Assembly: GCF_006345805.1 (NCBI RefSeq) | Contig: NC_043006.1 | Coordinates: 18,972,001 to 19,036,000, forward strand | Direction: 5' to 3' | Source of the DNA: Octopus sinensis | Taxonomy: Eukaryota | DNA: 64,000 bases | Part shown: positions 24,259-38,548 of the stretch, piece after piece | Layout: the number at the start of each line of letters is the position of its first letter | How positions within the stretch are numbered: the first letter of the stretch is position 1 | Notes under the pieces: model-generated | The model's database searches: none | What the model saw: only the letters and a program-made list of their open reading frames with translations | Told to the model about the DNA's origin: nothing | Position numbers and translations under genes: made by a program

Positions 24259-27200
24259 ACTTCCAATCTAAAAAATCAAATTTTAAAATATAAAATAATA
24301 CTTTTAAATAATTAAAGTATAAATGAAAAAATATAAGTATATAATCCATATATAACCTATATATAATCCATATCGAAAATATAGACTAATTACCACGAAT
24401 TCCCTAAAAAACCATGATAAAACAAAACACTTAAAAATATATAACGATAAAATCTCCTTTGCTAAACTCTATAACAAACCTATAAAGTAAACCCCCTAAC
24501 CTAAACATTCACACACAAATACACACACGTAAACCACAGACTCACGACTTATACCCATACCTATACTAACTTATAAACCTCAATATACACCAAACCCACT
24601 CCCTCCCCACACAGACAATTAACACATACATCCCAAAACCTAAATAACAAACCCATATACACATTCACACACAAAACACCCCTCACACGCCGCAAAACAC
24701 TCACACACAAAAGATACATATACTCCCTCACATATACGCCTATACATACTCACTAAACTCGACATATACAACAATACTTACACACCCACAAAAAACATTA
24801 TATACATTTATGAGCTTTAACTCACCTTAGCATCTCTAACAAACAACTTGCAGTAACCCAATCCCAATCTCTATGCCTACCTCACTACTACACTATTCCA
24901 TTCACATTCCAAGCAACGCTAGTCCACCACCCGGTTATTCACGTGGCAAAACGAACACCACTCAAAAATTATGAATGAAACAATGTAAAAAAATAACCAA
25001 CACCTAAAATAGACAAAATACCACGAATTACCTAAAAAAACCATGATAAACCAAAACTCATAAAAGCATATAACGATAAAATCTCCCTTTGCTAAACCCT
25101 ATAACAAACTTATATAGCAATCCCCTAACCTAAACATTCACACACAAAAAACCCACACGTAACCACAGACCCAAGACTTATACACAACCTATACTAACTT
25201 ATAAACCTCAATATACACCAAAACCACTCCCTCCCCACACAGACAAATTAACACATACATCCCAAATCCTAAATAACAAACCCAAATACACATTCACACA
25301 CAACACACACACACGCAAAACACACACACACAACAGACATATGCTCCCTCACATATACTCATACATACTCACTAAAACTCTCGATATACAACAATATTTA
25401 CACCCAACACTCATACAGATAAATAAATTAATTATACAATTAAAAACTCACAACCAATCTCATATACATAAACACTCTTATGAAAACAACAATAAATACA
25501 TCGTATTAACCAGAATATCAAAAATAACATTATGACATAAGGATAAATCAAATACATACTTACAATTCGTTACAAATTATGAAGTGAAATTAGATTCTTA
25601 GCCGTTAAAAAACCAAACAATATTACGTTACCATGGAAATAACTAATGTAAAAAAAGAATACGCGCCATAGAAAGTAAACGTCATTCATAGTATGAATGG
25701 AGAAATATAATAAATGGAACTAAAAACTATTTCCACGTAGCAAACCAACGCTACTTAAAAAAAATTATTTATTATGAATGGATTCTTTAAAAACTATCAT
25801 GAAAAATCAATTATATACATTTATGAGCTTTAGCTCACCCTAGCAACTCTAACAAACTTACAGTAACCATACTCAATGCCTACCTCATTACCACCCTAAT
25901 CCATTCAGCAACACTATGTAGAGTTGTTGAAGGGAACGTGTTGAAATTGTGAATGAATGGGTAGAGTTGGGAATTGTAACCGGGTGGTGGACTAGTGTTG
26001 CTTGGAATTGTGAATGGATTAGGGTGGTAATGAGGTAGGCATTGAGTATGGGTTACTGTAAGTTTGTTAGAGTTGCTAGGGTGAGCTAAAGCTCATAAAT
26101 GTATATAATTGATTTTTCATGATAGTTTTTAAAGAATCCATTCATAATAAATAATTTTTTTTAAGTAGCGTTGGTTTGCTACGTGGAAATAGTTTTTAGT
26201 TCCATTTATTATATTTCTCCATTCATACTATGAATGACGTTTACTTTCTATGGCGCGTATTCTTTTTTTACATTAGTTATTTCCATGGTAACGTAATATT
26301 GTTTGGTTTTTTAACGGCTAAGAATCTAATTTCACTTCATAATTTGTAACTGAATTGTAAGTATGTATTTGATTTATCCTTATGTCATAATGTTATTTTT
26401 GATATTCTGGTTAATTACGATGTATTTATTGTTGTTTTCATAAGAGTGTTTATGTATATGAGATTGGTTGTGAGTTTTTAATTGTATAATTAATTTATTT
26501 ATCTGTATGAGTGTGGGTGTAAATATTGTTGTATATATCGAGTTTTAGTGAGTATGTATATGCGTATATGTGAGGGAGCATATGTATCTGTTGTGTGTGT
26601 GTGTGTTTTGCGTGTGTGTGTGTTTGTGTGTGAATGTGTATTTGGGTTTGTTATTTAGGATTTGGGATGTATGTGTTAATTTGTCTGTGTGGGGAGGGAG
26701 TGGTTTTTGGTGTATATTGAGGTTTATAAGTTAGTATAGGTTTGTGTATAAGTCTTGGGTCTGTGGTTTACGTGTGGGTTTTTTGTGTGTGAATGTTTAG
26801 GTTAGGGGGATTGCTATATAAGTTTGTTATAGGGTTTAGCAAAGGGAGATTTTATCGTTATATGCTTTTATGAGTTTTGGTTTATCATGGTTTTTTTAGG
26901 TAATTCGTGGTATTTTGTCTATTTTAGGTGTTGGTTATTTTTTTACATTGTTTCATTCATAATTTTTGAGTGGTGTTCGTTTTGCCACGTGAATAACCGG
27001 GTGGTGGACTAGCGTTGCTTGGAATGTGAATGGAATAGTGTAGTAGTGAGGTAGGCATAGAGATTGGGATTGGGTTACTGCAAGTTGTTTGTTAGAGATG
27101 CTAAGGTGAGTTAAAGCTCATAATGTATATAATGTTTTTTGTGGGTGTGTAAGTATTGTTGTATATGTCGAGTTTAGTGAGTATGTATAGGCGTATATGT

Positions 27201-27674
27201 GAGGGAGTATATGTATCTTTTGTGTGTGAGTGTTTTGCGTGTGAGTGTGTGTTTTGTGTGTGAATGTGTATATGGGTTTGTTATTTAGGTTTTGGGATGT
27301 ATGTGTTAATTTGTCTGTGTGGGGAGGGAGTGGGTTTTGGTGTATATTGAGGTTTATAAGTTAGTATAGGTATGTGTATAAGTCGTGAGTCTGTGGTTTA
27401 CGTGTGTGTATTTGTGTGTGAATGTTTAGGTTAGGGGGTTTACTTTATAGGTTTGTTATAGAGTTTAGCAAAGGGAGATTTTATCGTTATATATTTTTAA
27501 GTGTTTTGTTTTATCATGGTTTTTTAGGGAATTCGTGGTAATTAGTCTATATTTTCGATATGGATTATATATAGGTTATATATGGATTATATACTTATAT
27601 TTTTTCATTTATACTTTAATTATTTAAAAGTATTATTTTTATATTTTAAAATTTTGATTTTTTAGATTGGAAGT

Positions 27675-27717
27675 CCACCTGAAGATTGTCGATCAAGACA
27701 AGAAACGATTGTAGTGG
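27675..27717 (+). ncRNA. Minimal type-I hammerhead ribozyme (right arm)
   Basis: CCAC-CTGAAGA-TTGTC gatcaa GACAA-GAAA-C gatt G-TA-GTGG. Predicted cleavage after GUA at 27713. Confidence 0.85.
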
Positions 27718-27803
27718 CGGTTTTTTTGACTATTTATTAAATTTTATGTATTGATTAAGTCTTTCCTTGTTTGTTTTGCAAAATAGTGGTTTTGTCTCAA
27801 ATA

Positions 27804-27842
<39 letters not shown>

Positions 27843-27998
27843 TTGTGTGTGTGTATGTGTATGCGTGTGTCTATACACTTAGGTATATGAGCATATATGT
27901 TTACATAAATACATATGTGTGTGTGTGTGTGTGGTGTGTGGTGTGTGTGTGTGTGTGTGTGTGCGTGCGTGCGCGTATGTGTGTGTATACATTCATTT

Positions 27999-28045
<47 letters not shown>

Positions 28046-28333
28046 ATATATATATATATATATAATATATATATATATATATACATATACGTATTAATAT
28101 ATATATGTACACGCAAACACATAGATACATACAAACGTGAGGAGTATCCTAACTAGTTAGAATAATGTAGGTCTAATTTTAGCATATTGAGGCTGTCAGG
28201 CAGCTTTAGCGTGATAATTAGGACTGCTATATCCCTCAGGCACATACAAGATTTGATCACCATTGGCGATATATTCTTGGTCTACACTTCCTAAAATTAT
28301 TGCAAGTAAAATACCATATATCATTCGAGAATA

Positions 28334-28731
28334 TCTCTATATAAAAGTCAAGTTGTGTGTCTGTCTCCTACGATTTAGATTCCTAACTACTCCCACATTT
28401 TGCGGTGCAGTTTAACCAAAACCGGGTATCTTATAGTCGTGATCCATATCGAGCCCTTCTGGGTATTAGCGCGCGTCTACGATGAGTCTACGATTTAAAA
28501 AAAAAATTACCATCATTTTTTTCCATTTTAATGCATTTTCTTCGCTATTATATAAGGGAAGTAACTCTCTAAAAATGTCTACGATGAGTCAACGATTTAA
28601 AAAAAAATTTACCATCATTTTTTTTCCATTTTTAATGCATTTCTTTGCTATTTCTAGGCTATAACTCTGTAAAAAATGCTTATATAGTTATTTCCCTTAC
28701 AAACCCGAGCAACGCCGGGCGATACTGCTAG
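28334..28731 (+). mobile_element. Non-autonomous Helitron (family H1) with internal duplication
   Basis: A|TC start; CCCGAGCAACGCCGGG hairpin plus CTAG|T end. Related copies at 29013 and 46934. Confidence 0.85.
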
Positions 28732-28873
28732 TATCTATATAAAAAAATTAAATGCTCTTAAAAACATATACACGTTAAACATATATCTAAGTTTCGCAGT
28801 TACACGGGAAGTTATTTTTATTTTTTGAATTCGTTCATTTCTTGAAATGACATTCAGAACCTTTTAATAAATA

Positions 28874-29602
28874 CATGGGTGTGCTAAGAAGGTTCTGGCT
28901 TTAAATGTATTCTGAAAGGCCTGGTTGGAGTCCCAAGCTTCCTCGCTCTTTTATAGGTCTTAGAAAAACCGAAGGACTGCTGTAATAAGTGTGTGAATCA
29001 GAGAACGGAATATCTATATATATAAAACTGTAGTTGTGTGAGTGTCTGTCCCCTTCGATTTAGATTCCTAACTCCTCCCACATTTTGCGGTGCAGTTTAA
29101 CCAAATTCGGGTATCTTATAGTCGTGATTCATATCGAGCCCGTCTGAGTATTAGCGCGCGTCTACGATGAGTCTACGATTTTAAAAATAATTTAACATCA
29201 TTTTTTATTCCATTTTAATGCATAATTTTTCGTGTGTCGATGGCGGCGGAGCTGGCGTCCATGGTCACACCTGCACCTGTTTGCTTCTCCCCCTTCTTCC
29301 CTCCCTCGTGAAGCTGTGGGGAAGGGAGTGTAAAGAAATCAACGTCGTAATGCGTTGTCAAGGAGACTAGCGTTCTTTTAGAACAACGACTTCATGGCTT
29401 GAAGACACCAAAACAGAAATGGATAAGAAAGCCCGAATTGGCATCTATAAGGGAAGTAACTCTCTAAAAATGCTTATATAGTTATTTCCCTTACAAACCC
29501 GAGCAACGCCGGGCGATACTGCTAGTTTTGAATATAGTCATAATTAACTGCTTCTCCTGTATTTTCTTTTACCCAAAGCCAGGAACTTTTCAGTACCACA
29601 CG
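28874..29602 (+). mobile_element. Tc1/mariner-derived non-autonomous element interrupted by a Helitron
   Basis: Imperfect TIRs GGGTGTGCTAAGAAGGTTCTGGCTTT / AAAGCCAGGAACTTTTCAGTACCAC, with TA at the left end. Confidence 0.55.
29013..29525 (+). mobile_element. Non-autonomous Helitron (family H1)
   Basis: A|TCTATATATATAAAACTG start; hairpin plus CTAG|T end; no TSD. Confidence 0.85.
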
Positions 29603-31231
29603 TTGTTATATATTACGGTGTTCAGTCACTAACATTTACAAACTTTTCGAATAGTAAATTTTCTACTTAGTTTTTGGTTCCTCACTATGTTAACAATTTA
29701 TTTCGCTTCTCACATTTGATGACAGACGTTTCATCGATTCTTATAGAAGAAATATAGCTTTGGTGAATATTTTAAAGACTTTGGGGTTTTAGGGGTTACA
29801 AGGTAAAACATACGGTTTAAAATTTTTCACATCATTTTTTTCATTGGAGTTCTAGTACGTAGGTTTATCAAAATATTAATTAAATAACAGTGTATTTTCA
29901 GAAATAAAGTTTCCTATGATTTGAAAAAATGAAAAGAAAATGCTCTGCGCAATGAAAATGACTTTATTCATATTGAGAATACCTTCCATATTGTACTGGG
30001 GTATTTTCTGTCCCAGTACAATAATTTCTCAATACACAAAAGAAAATCTGATATTATTTCTATTTTGATAATAGAAGGAACTATACATGAGCGTCAATTA
30101 ACTTTATTTTTGAATACCAGGTGGGCATGGCCTAAAGCAAAACTGGTATTTCCTGAGGCCTTTTATTATTATTTATTTTCTTCACATTTTGTTTGAGAAT
30201 AGAATCGGCTTAATATCTTTCCAATTTGAATTTATTGTAAAATTAACAAAGAAATCTATCTTTCCAAAGCACCCAGCATTCCAACTCTCAGGATATTCTG
30301 AAATGGTTCTGCATATGATTTCGACATTCATCCGCTACTCATCTGTACATGATTTCAGCAATTGGTTTTGGTTATGCTTACATAATTTTAATGTTTTCTT
30401 TATCGCTTTAATAAGGCAGCAAATTGCATATTTCTGGCTGGTGGCTTCATTTTAGAATTATATTAAGTCATAGTTCCGTCTGCAATTTGTTAAGATGGTC
30501 GTGTACCAAAGAAATCCACGTATTACTTTGATGCACGTAACATTTGCTGTCTAACCATCATTACCGAAAGAAAACATTAAGTGTGGTGCATCATTATTTT
30601 ATGAAACTGATTAATTTTTTAAACCAGCCCCTTCGGTAATACAGGTATGTTTGATGCCGGGTGTGTTACTTTGTTCTCTCCTTTCAGCTGCACCGTGTAA
30701 TTGTTAACTTTTGCGTTCTTCTATTCTGTTATGGTTTCAGAGCATTAAAATAATTTCAGTTCGTTCAAGAAATTTTCTAGTTGGTAAAACTCGGAGGAAA
30801 ACAACACAAAAAGTATCATAAAGTAAATTATTTACATTTATGAAATAAAACTTACTTAAGTATAAAGTTCATTTCCTGACACAAGGTTTTTCAAAACAAG
30901 ATATGATTACAGTGAAATTGGACAAGAATGTCAGTAGCGAAAGCTTATATATAAATAAAAAAATATATCTGTTTATTTGTCTTCTTAAAAATTAGTTGAA
31001 ATAACGTATAATGATTTACGTTTAGAAATCTTAATGAGTTAAGAAGAGAATCTATAAAGGCCAGTAATTCTCGGGAGAATTAACGATGGCTTCGTGGTCG
31101 TAGATGTAACCATTTGTAGTTAAAAGTGATTTTTAAATGTGCTTTCTCCAATTCTCAATATAAATTCATTTAAAAGAATTTTCAAAAATATTTCTAATTT
31201 TTTTCAACTTTATCATCACCATCACCATCAC

Positions 31232-31790
31232 CATCTTCTTCTTCTTCTTCTTCTTCTTCTGCTTCTTCTTCTTCTTCTTCTTCTTCTTCTTCTTCTTCTT
31301 CTTCTTCTTCTTCTTCTTCTTCTTCTTCTTCTTTTCCTTCTTCTCCTTCTTCTTCTGCACATCGGACAGTCAGTAACTGTCAATTATCTCTGTCTCTGGT
31401 CAACCGATATGCTTCTTCCAGGGTGACATTCACTCCGTGTCGGTCTTCTTTGAAGGTACTACGCTATATCTTCCATGACCGATCTCTTTTTCTCTTACCT
31501 TCCAACGGCATCCAAGCCATGGCTGTCTTGGCAAGCCTCTCCTCTGACAATCTTAGTATGTGTCCATTCCATTCATTCTCATTCGTCATTTAGTTACAAT
31601 AGCATGCAGGGTTCTTACGCTTGCTGCTCGAGAATGGTTTCATTTGTCATTCTGTCTCGATAAGTGATTTTTAGTATCCTTCTGAGGCATTTGGCAGGTA
31701 ATGTTTCTGTCATCTTCCAGGTCTCAGCTGCTTATATCTCTACTAGCAGTAGTCATCAACTTTCTCATCCTTCTATCCAGTGTTCATATA
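31232..31790 (-). mobile_element. RTE-clade LINE 3' end with (AAG)n tail
   Basis: Minus frame AAETWKM...KCLRRILKITYRDRMTNETILEQ resembles the RTE C-terminus; GAA-repeat tail at 31232-31355. Confidence 0.7.
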
Positions 31791-32030
31791 TCCTCCTTAG
31801 TCCATTTGAAATTGACGCACTATATATCATTTTCCTGATATTCTTCGCGGTAATCAAAATTTTTGGCATTCAGTTTGGATTTCAACACCATCTTCCCACT
31901 TATTTCTTGATATGCCTCGCTGCCCTTGACTTTCCTTTCTCTGTTTTGAATGTCATCCAGCTCCAAAATCCAAGTTTGTTAGCCAGTCTGTCGCCAACTA
32001 TGGTATGCCTACAGCCTTTCTCACCACTCA
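31790..32030 (-). mobile_element. R4/Dong-like LINE fragment
   Basis: Near copy of 34110-34330. Confidence 0.75.
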
Positions 32031-32364
32031 TCTTCGCATAACAAAATCGGTGTCTATCAGAAACAACATTGGTGACAAGAGAATGGCCTGTCTTATTCCA
32101 GTGACGACCTTGAGAAAACCAGTTTATCCATACTCTGTTCTAATGCAACAGCTTGAGTTGCTGTAGAAACTGCTAAACAGACTGATGTCATCGTCTGGTA
32201 TTGCATACTGTTCGCTTAGAAGCAATCATCAACATACAAACTCACAACACTATGCAATTTCAGTCACAAATCTTTTTGCACTTTTATCAATTAAAAGATT
32301 TTTGCTAAAGCAATCTAATTTTAAATTTTCTTAAATAATCTATTATTTCTTTTCTTTATTATAT

Positions 32365-32660
32365 TTCTTTACGGCCAGGCTATCAGATGTTGTTACACAT
32401 CGCTGGTCACAATGCGCTTCGCATTGTTTTAGCCTTCAAATGACGCCACCCCGCTGGCTAAGCGAGCAGGCCAACAGAAGAAAGAGTGAGAGAAAGTTGT
32501 GGCGAAAGAGTACAGCAGGGATCGCCACCAACACCCTGCCGGAGCCTTGTGGAGCTTTAGGTGTTTTCATTCAATAAACACACACAACGCCCGGTCTGGG
32601 AATCGAAAGCGCGATCCGACGACCGCGAGTCCGCTGCCCTAACCACTGGCCCATTGCAGC
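32365..32660 (-). mobile_element. tRNA-derived SINE family C
   Basis: Minus head AATGGGCCAGTGGTTAGGGCAGCGGACTCGCGG...TTCGATTCCCAGACCGGG; matches 38255-38548. Confidence 0.8.
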
Positions 32661-32694
32661 TCTATTATTAGTAGTATTATTGTTAATATTATTA

Positions 32695-32905
32695 AGGCGA
32701 GAGCAGTCAGAAATTTTAGTATTCCGGGCAAAATGTTTAGCGCCATTTCGTCCGTCTTTACGTTCTGAGTTCAAGTTTAGGCAAGGTCGACTTTCCCCTT
32801 CATTCTTTTGGGGTCGATCAATTAAGTACCAGCCGTGCACTGAGTCGATGTAATTGACTAGTCCCCTACCACCAAATTTCAGGCCTCGTGCTTTAGCAGA
32901 AAGGA
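32695..32905 (+). mobile_element. SINE family B, diverged
   Basis: GGCGAGAGCAGTCAGAA...GAGTTCAAGTT...GGGGTCGATCAATTAAGTACCAG. Confidence 0.75.
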
Positions 32906-32910
32906 TTATT

Positions 32911-32941
<31 letters not shown>

Positions 32942-33015
32942 TTATTATATTATTATTATTATTATTATTATTGTTGTTGTTGTTGTTTTTGTTGTTGTTA
33001 TTATTATTATTAGTA

Positions 33016-33087
<72 letters not shown>

Positions 33088-33094
33088 CATACCT

Positions 33095-34430
33095 TCGTAA
33101 CACAATGTAGGTAAAAATACACCAGAGTCTTTAGTCATTTGTCAAGTTACAACAAGGAGCTCAGACAGATAATACTTTCCTCAAGATGTGGCGCAGTGCA
33201 CAACAAGGTTGCTTTTTGCAAGACATCAATGTTGCATGGGAATTCCAGTTGCCTTAAGAAGTTTTGAAGTTTCAATGATATTGAGCCCAACGCTCCGATC
33301 ACCACTGCTATCACTTTTACATTACCCTCTCGCATTCCATACAATCTTGCCATTTCCACTTTCAATTCGGAGTAACTGGTGATATTTTCAACCACTTTAC
33401 TCACAGCATTCATGTCATTTGGTATGGCTACACCAATGTTTTGACAGTATTTGTCTCTCTTACTCAATATGACAATATCCGGCCGACGGTCTTCAATTAC
33501 ACGACCCGTCTAAAAATCTTAGTCCCAGAGTATCGTTACTTTTCCTTCCTCCTGCATAACTTTACATGGTACATGCTCATACCAGGTCTCTGTTATTTCA
33601 TACTGGTATTTACAGCATAAGAGCCAATGAAAATACACACATACACACTTTATCGTGGCGGCGTTTATATCCTTTTTGCGCAAGGCTCTCACATCCACTT
33701 ACCAAGTGGATTACATTTTCCACACTCTTTTCACAGAGTCCGCATTTCTGGGTGTCAGAAGTTTTATAGATGTTATACTTCGCTGAATTGGTAGCGAAAG
33801 CCTGGTCTTGTGCAGCAATGATCAGGCTTTCGGTGGTACACTTCAGATTGCCTCGGTCAAGCCATGCCCACGATGCTGCATTATCCTTAACGTCTTGTGT
33901 ATTCCTTTCAAACTATCCATGCATTCTCGTATCAAGAAGGTATTTTCTCTTTTCTCCTCAGCTCGTTGGTTCCTTGCACATTGTTTCATCTGCATTTACA
34001 CCCATATCTTTCGCGGCATATGTTGTATACTAATTAGTCCTCTGCCACCGATCATTCTTCTCCTATACAGTCTGTTTACGTTTGCTTTTGGGTGTAGCGC
34101 CCAATGCAGCGTCATCAACTTTCTCATCCTTCTATCCAGTGTTCATATATCATCCTTAGTCCATTTGAAATTGACGCACCGCCATTGTCCAGATATTCTT
34201 CGTGGTAATCACAATTTTTAGCATTCAGTTTGGATTTCAACACCATCTTCCCACTTATTTTTTGATATGCCTCGCTGCCCTTGACTTTCCTTTCTCTGTG
34301 TTGAATGTTATCCAGCTCCAAAATCCCTAAATATCTATACCCGCTACCGTCGGGTTCACCCATGGTCTCTCCTGATAGTAATCGCAATCCTCTGTAGGCT
34401 GCCTTCTCCTTCTTTTCATATTAAGTAATA
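33095..34430 (-). mobile_element. R4/Dong-like (restriction-like endonuclease) LINE, 3' part, decayed
   Basis: YRYLGILELDNI...VLKSKLNAKN; RPDIVI-like segment; GVAIPNDMN...VIAVVIGALGSI...LQKATLL. Flanked by (ATT)n on both sides. Confidence 0.85.
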
Positions 34431-34489
34431 AGCATTTGGTGATCCCACATTACATGCCGATGTCCTTACAACTCTTCTGGACAGTTATT

Positions 34490-34815
<326 letters not shown>

Positions 34816-35239
34816 TGAAAAACTCAATTTTGGTATTTATGTGAAAATCTTACACAAATCTATTATGGCTTCCAACAGTCAGTGAAAAGTTTGTTGCTTA
34901 CAGACATTTTCAAATGGTTACTTCCGGCTTTGTATTTGAAAAGAATATTTGAGCTTAAATCCAACATCTAAATATAGATTAGCACATTAAAACCTACAGA
35001 CCGAGTTGCCACCAAATTCTAAAGTATAGTTACTATAGATCATTTTTCCATTAAGATAAACTTAAACCCATTTTCAATGACTTAAAAACTATACTTATTA
35101 TTATTCTTTTTGGAATGCCCTGACATTGCGTTGTTGATTTATGTTCCTTCACAAAAGAAACAGTATTTGAATTCAAAAGAAGCAGCACCTGGACTATGCA
35201 TTAAAATGTATGTACCCTTATACTTTTCTGGGTCAAGTT

Positions 35240-37222
35240 GCAATAATATCAAAATTCTTTGTTTTTGTTTGGCTATGCTAGTGTAGATTTAAAATGGCTT
35301 AATGTAGATTTAGACACGAAGAGAATGATGCTAAAAAGTTACTTCACATCTAATTGTACACAATTGGAAATAGGGAAGATGAAAGTAAGCATTGAAGACC
35401 TCACTGCCATGGAAGTGGTTGAAAACTTCTGGAAAAATAATTGGATTGATGAAAAGACAATGAAAATGCAGACCGGATTAGACGCACAGAAGGAATCTAC
35501 CAAAACTTACCAGAAAAAGCATAGGAAGACATCACAATAGCATATCTAAATGTCACCCTCACAAAGGCTCATAAGTGAAAATCCCTGGTAATGATAGGGT
35601 GCCAAATTTCTGGCTTGCCCCACTCTCGTGCGCACACGGAAAATTTAGTCCAGTTATTCAATGAAATTATGAGAGATCTTACGAAAACACTTGATTGGTT
35701 AGCAAGAGGTATTACTTACCTACTCCCGAAGAATAATGAAACCAAGTCTCCCCAATACTATCGGCCCATAACATGTCTATCTACCACGTATAATATTTTA
35801 ACGCATATCCTCGTGGAGAAAGCATACAAATTTAAGGAACAGAACGATATTTTCTCCACTGAAGAAAAAGGTTGCCGACGAGGCTCACATGTATGCAAAA
35901 ACCAGCATTTATCAATTGCATGATCATTAAAAACTGTCGTAACAAACGCAGAAACCTCAGTTCTGCATTGATTGATCCGAAAGAGACCTTCGACAGCATA
36001 CCACATCCATGGATCTTGATTTCGCTGGATATCTTCAAAATATTTCCAGTGATTTCAAACTTCCCGATGCACATTTCAATGTGGAATACGAATCTCCAAC
36101 TATACCACTCTAATGGAGTTCTGACCCCCCCCCCCAAAAAAAAATATTAATATCAACTGCGGCATATTACAAGGTAACTCACTTTTTGATTTTCTGCATG
36201 ACCCTAATACCCCTTACAAGTAAACGTAACTGAACAGGGTATAGATGTAAAATTGGCGACAAGAAAATAAGTCTTCTATTTTATATGGGGGGCAAAAAAC
36301 TCTATGGTAAAGGCGATAATGAGCTTGAAGAACTATTACGTACTGCGAAAGCATTCAGTAATGAAATTGGGATGGAATTTGGTTTTGATAAATGTGCCTA
36401 AGATAAGAGAGTTGGCTGCCCAAGATCAGAGCTTATTGACTCGGAACTATGAAGCGAATATGATGAAGAATGGTGTAGACCTAAAGTGCCGATACTGCAA
36501 CGAATGGATAGAAACAGTGGATCACCTAATCTCTGCATGTAAGGTTTGAGCACCTGTACAGTACAAATCATGACATGGCAGAGTTGGCCGATATCTACGC
36601 TGGATAACGTAACTGAGGAAGAAAATGTAATTATTCTTTGGGACTTCCCAGTATGTACAGACCGGACAACCATAAAAGCAAACAAACTAGATATTGTTGT
36701 TAAAGACCAAAATTATAAAGTCTGTTTATTGATCGACATATGCATACGCTGTAGCCATAGAATCGCGGCATAAGAATTTGATAATCTCAGAAAATATAAA
36801 AGATTTGCTCATCGAAATCGAAAAGATGTGGAAATCTCAAGACAATTATAATACCAGTGATTGTAAGAGCACTTGGAATGATTAAAAAAGAAACTGAAAA
36901 TTATTGAAGAATGATCCCTGGCTTACCATCCATGCAGGAAGTGCGAAAGATTGTCTTAACTGGTACTTCGCACGTATTGAGAATAGCATTGTCGGTGTGA
37001 ATTTTCTTTCCCTTTTTCCCTTTATTTTATTTGTTTACTTTTTATTTTATATTTTTCTCTTTGTCTTTCTTCCCCTATTTCTCTTTACAAATGACATTGT
37101 AAATGGACAATTTCGTGTGCTTATTTTAATGGCTTACCAAAGTATACAGTGCGTTTCTCTGCCGTAGGTGTGAGGAAGCCACTCGGCCAGAAATGGAACC
37201 AGAATTGAAAGATGATAATGAA

Positions 37223-37225
<3 letters not shown>
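35240..37225 (+). mobile_element. R4/Dong-like LINE (RT, CCHC and endonuclease), heavily fragmented
   Basis: WLARGITYLLPK..YYRPITCLSTTYNIL; EEKGCRRGS; IDPKETFDSIPHPWI; AAQDQSLLTRNY...CRYCNEWIETVDHLISAC; ILWDFPVCTDRT..ANKLDIVVKD. Followed by (AAT)n. Confidence 0.85.
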
Positions 37226-37274
<49 letters not shown>

Positions 37275-37352
37275 GTAATAATAATAATAATGATGATGAT
37301 GATGTTGATGATGATGATGATGATGATGTGATGATGATGATGATGATGATGT

Positions 37353-37415
<63 letters not shown>

Positions 37416-37423
37416 TAATAATG

Positions 37424-37469
<46 letters not shown>

Positions 37470-37580
37470 TAACAACAATAGCAATGACAACAACTGTTGC
37501 TGTTTTTGTTGTTGTTATTATTATTATTATTATTATCATTATTATTATTATTATTATTATTATTACTACTATTATTATTA
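37225..37580. repeat. Compound (AAT)n(GAT)n(AAT)n...(ATT)n microsatellite
   Basis: Directly visible. Confidence 0.95.
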
Positions 37581-38018
37581 ATGATTATTCTCATTTCGTA
37601 TTTCTAAGAAGTATTCATATGAATAATTGAAATAATGGCTTATTTTCGTTAATTATAAGTTCTATTTCTAATAATGATCTTAATCATTCGTGTAAATATT
37701 GCACAACAAATTTATGTTCTTTTCGCTATTTCAGGAAATTGTCGAATTCTTAGCGTGTGGGCGATCACAAGTGTCGGCGCGCGCGTGTGTGTGCGTGCGC
37801 GCTCTTGCACTTGCAAGCACGCGTCTATATTCATCACACGCGCTTAGACACACACATTCGGGATCCGACAATGCTCTGAAGTAACGGAAACACGAACATA
37901 ATTGCTATGTAATATTTACTCGAAAGATTGATACCAGTATTAATCATAGAAATTATAACTAATGAAAATCAACCACTACGTTAACTATTTACATGTATAT
38001 TTCGCAGTTATAAGGAAA

Positions 38019-38052
<34 letters not shown>

Positions 38053-38254
38053 GTTATTATTATTGTTATTATTATTATTCATTAGTCTTTATTTTATCAT
38101 GTGCTGTCATCACACTACCGAGAGCAGCTGTGTGTGCCTTGGGTATGTGCCGTGGTTTGTTCTGATGCTCTTATTTTCACTGTATTCAAAGTGTTTTACG
38201 TAGGATGTGTGCGGTGCCTAGTAGTGCTATTTTCTGTATATTATATATGCGGAA

Positions 38255-38548
38255 GCACTCCACGGACACGTGTACCCTTAACGTAGTTCTCGGGGATATT
38301 CAGCGTGACACAGAGAGTGACAAGGCCGGCCCTTTGAAATACAGGTACAACAGAAACAGGAAGTAAGAGTGAGAGAAAGTTGTGGTGAAAGAGTACAGCA
38401 GAGATCACTACCATCCCTGCCGGAGCCTCGTGGAGCTTTTAGGTGTTTTCGCTCAATAAACACTCACAACGCCCGGTCTGGGAATCGAAACCGCGATCCT
38501 ATGACCGCGAGTCCGCTGCCCTAACCACTGGGCCATTGCGCCTCCACA
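38255..38548 (-). mobile_element. tRNA-derived SINE family C
   Basis: Minus head TGTGGAGGCGCAATGGCCCAGTGGTTAGGGCAGCGG...GGTTTCGATTCCC; body shared with 60143. Confidence 0.85.

Larger units (their letters stand above)
24120..27813. repeat. ~3.7-kb inverted repeat (arms ~24120-25916 and ~25993-27813, 76-bp spacer), PLE-derived
   Basis: Arms are reverse complements over ~1.8 kb with only scattered substitutions and small indels. Left arm A/C-rich, right arm G/T-rich. A hammerhead lies in each arm. Confidence 0.95.

Noticed and set aside
30660-30700. GTATGT...ctttcag 43-nt intron-like segment
   Set aside because: Too short for a typical intron, and the flanking frames are not convincingly open.
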